From Ancylonema sp. (lineage: Eukaryota): a stretch of 21,125 nucleotides of DNA. A model generated the notes under the pieces. It made no database searches, had not been told where the DNA came from, and saw nothing but the letters and a program-made list of their open reading frames with translations. Location of the stretch: positions 62,001 to 83,125 of the forward strand of contig JBFLGF010000159.1 in the NCBI GenBank assembly GCA_050230475.1, written 5' to 3'. Within the stretch, counting starts at the first letter, position 1. Every line of letters begins with the position of its first letter. This document shows positions 18,400 to 21,125 of the stretch, in pieces. Position numbers and translations under genes: made by a program.

Positions 18400-21125
18400 C
18401 TGTGTCAATCTGATCATCTTTGATGGAGAAGGTGCATGGTGAAATGTTTTTCATTTGTTCCCAGATGCGGCGTCCATCTTTCCCTTGTAACTGCACATTT
18501 CCAGAAGGTCGGATTTGGGTAATCTGAAGGATTTGTGGATGTGTTTTGATGTCAAGTGTGCCTTTGGTTTGACGTTTCACATAAACATTTTGATGTTTGA
18601 GGAGCCGAGGGCGTGGTCGTGCCCAAGCACCACTGTGTACTCGAAAGTAGTGATGCTTGTCTCGTTGTTGTGCAATGGCAAGGTTGCGCATTGTGAGAGG
18701 CATGACTTCCTCAAAAAGTTTACTGCGTTCCAGAATGAATTTGGGTAATTCTTTGAGTGCCTCAGGTAAGGGGTCATGTTCTGCTGCCTGTATTTGTGCC
18801 TGGAAGATAGGGTATATTACATACATCAAATAGTATGGTGAATACCCGGTGGAGGCCTGTTTGGTCATGCGGTACCCCATAGCGACATAAGGTAGGTAAA
18901 TGTCCCAGTCCGTGCGATGTTCTTTGAGGAGGATTGTCCTTAAAGACAACTTCATCGTTTTAACCATGCGTTCTGCCAACCCATCGGATTGTGGGTGTTC
19001 CCGGGCTGCAGTACGATGTGTGACTCTATGTCCGACGAGTAAGTCGGTGAATGCCCCTTCAAATTCCGCGCCTTGGTCAGTGATGATTTCACCAGGGGCT
19101 CCAAAACGAGAAAGGACATGAGTGAGTAAAGCATGTGCTGCTGATTTTGAAGATTTGTCGGGTAATGCGATAAGTTCAACCCATTTGGTAAAATGTTCAA
19201 TGCAGATCGTAACGTATTGGTTTTTACGTGTACTTTCCGGCATAGGACCAGCGAAATCTACTCCCCATCGATAGAAGAGTCCTCGAATTGGTAATGGTTG
19301 TACTTGGGTACGTCCATCAGCAAAGTGAGTTTTTGCGCGGGAGCATGCTGGACATTCTTTGATGACTTGGATTACATGATTACCCATTCCATGCCACCAG
19401 TAATCTTGTTGTAAAGCGTGGAGCACGCGTTTCACCCCAAAATGACCGTATCGTGTGTGCATAGTATTAATCTAAGGGATTCGTTTTGGTGGTGGTGGAA
19501 CGATTTTCATGTGCCCAGAGGTAGGGATTTTGTAAACATATCTCCGCATCCACCTGTATTCGAGAGCCCGTCGGTATGTACGGTCTCTTTGTTGTGGTGT
19601 CAAGTCTGGTAGGTATGTATGAGTTTTGAGAAGTGTCATTGTGGCATTATCGTCCCAAAGTCCACTTTAACATCCTCTGGTGGTGGTGCACCTTGATGAA
19701 AACTCAAAAAGTATGATGGTGGATTGTGCCCCGTAGGTGAGGTTTGCATGTAATAGCATGGTGTTTTCTCCCCTAATGTTTCAATCTCAGACTGCCCCCG
19801 TCGGCATTGGAGTTTGCTACACCGGGGCGATGGATCACTTCAAATTCGTACTTATGCAGTAAGTGTTAGGACCCTCGCTACAGTCACTAGGGCTCCTAGT
19901 GCCCAACGTGCAAGTTTGCCGGTGAGTTTGGTGGTTGTCATGATCCATTTGAGGGGTGCATGATCGGTAATGAGGGTAAATGGTTTACCGAACAGAAATT
20001 GCCTAAAATGTTGCGCCACCTAGATTACAGCATGACACTCCCCGTGGAAGCTGATGTAGTTTCGTTCCGCATTGTTACAACTGCGACTGGCAAATGCGAC
20101 TGCATATTCGATACCATCATCATCTCTCTGACCCAAAACAACACCTAAACCATGTGCACTCCAGTCCGTTGCTAACAAGTATGGTTTATTGGTATCAGGT
20201 CTGCGTAGTACTGGCTCTAAACAAAGTGCTTGCTTGAGTTCGATAAAGGATGTTTCTTGAGTCTCGTCCCGATGCCATTTGACATCCCCTTTCAGAAGTC
20301 CGTTGAGTGGAGAAGCAATTGTGGAGAAGTGTGGAACGAACTTGCGGTAATATGAAAACAACCCCAGTGCAGCACGAAGTTGATGAATATCCTTTGGTGT
20401 CGGCATATCCTTAATGGCTCTGGTTTTTTCATCTTGTGGTGCTATACTTTTCCCAGAGATCTTATGGCCTAAAAAATCCATTTCATTTGCAAAGAATAAG
20501 CACTTACTTGGATGACATTTTAACTTGAACTGCCGAAGACGATGAAAGACTTGTCGGAGGTGTTGCAGATGGTCCTCGAAAGTATTGCTCCAGTTGCTGA
20601 TGTCATCAATGTAGCATCGCGAGTTTCGAAGTCCCGCCAAATTCGGTCCATGGTACGTTGGAAGAATGGAGGTGCATTATTCTTTAGTCCATATGGTACA
20701 ACATTCCATTCATAAAGTTGACTGTCAGCTCCCCAAAATGCAATTTTGCATTTGTCTACTTCAGCTATAGGGATCTGGTGGTATCCTTGTCGTAAATCCA
20801 ATTTGGTGAAGATTTTACTTCTTTCATGTCCTAAAAGATGTCTTCAATTCGTGGAAGGTGATACTTGTCTTGTTGGGTTTGGTTGTTGATAGGACGATAA
20901 TCACCACATTGACGAAAGTCCGTCGGTTGTCCATTCTCGTCCTTCTTCCGTACCACGCGGTTGCCGAGGCGTAATTATTACTGTCGCTTTTTCGAATCAT
21001 GCCTAGTTCGAGTAGTTTTTGACACTTTTCACGAACAAAACTCCATTCGGTGTCAGAAAGACGATGAGAGTTTTGAAAGATTGGTTGAGCTGTTTGCAAA
21101 GGAATTTCCATAGGAGTATTGTTAG
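18400..21125 (-). mobile_element. Ty3/gypsy element 2: degraded pol (RT, RNase H, integrase), continuing off the right edge
   Basis: RT: DLRQGYHQI, YEWNVVPYGLKN, CYIDDI, DFLGH. RNase H: LATDWSAHGLGVVLGQ, FASRSCNNAERNY, KLARWAL. Integrase: HTRYGHFG..CPAC, WGVDFAGP, ITDQGAEF, HPQSDGLAER. The order RT-RH-INT is diagnostic of gypsy. Stops and frameshifts are present. Confidence 0.95.
19864..19897 (+). mobile_element. 34-bp LTR-terminus remnant inserted in the RNase H coding region of gypsy element 2
   Basis: Starts TGTTAGGACCCTCGCTAC, 18/18 identical to the minus-strand start of the LTR at 8995. Removing it restores ARWALLLHKYEFEVIHRPG. Confidence 0.8.

Noticed and set aside
17938..18400. Short inverted repeat GGTCTTGTG / CACAAAGACC bracketing the repeat array
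   Set aside because: It is only 9-10 bp with a gap and has no target-site duplication, so it is compatible with chance.
21120..21125. TGTTAG at the window edge, resembling an LTR start
   Set aside because: Only 6 nt are visible and they also read in frame with the RT-upstream coding sequence.

Overview
This is eukaryotic nuclear DNA from a plant; the retroelement types suggest a non-seed land plant (inference). About two thirds of the window is nested LTR-retrotransposon sequence. 623-7213 (-) is a structurally full-length Ty1/copia element with two LTRs, a half-tRNA(iMet) PBS and the order gag-PR-INT-RT-RH. It sits inside the protease of a fungal-like Ty3/gypsy element (gag at ~7328-8290, protease continuing at 622-1). 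The insertion is flanked by a 32-bp duplication instead of the usual ~5 bp, and its ends are not canonical TG...CA. A cluster of LTR termini (8308-9008) and MITE-like elements follows. There are two host genes: an intact three-exon V-ATPase proteolipid subunit c gene (11758-13003, +) and a three-exon F-box gene (16728-15247, -) with an in-frame TAG 30 codons before its apparent ancestral stop. A second, unrelated Ty3/gypsy pol (RT-RH-INT) runs from the right edge to ~18400 (-). The two copia LTRs differ mostly by homopolymer indels, so some frameshifts in the repeats may be sequencing artefacts. All alignments were done by eye.
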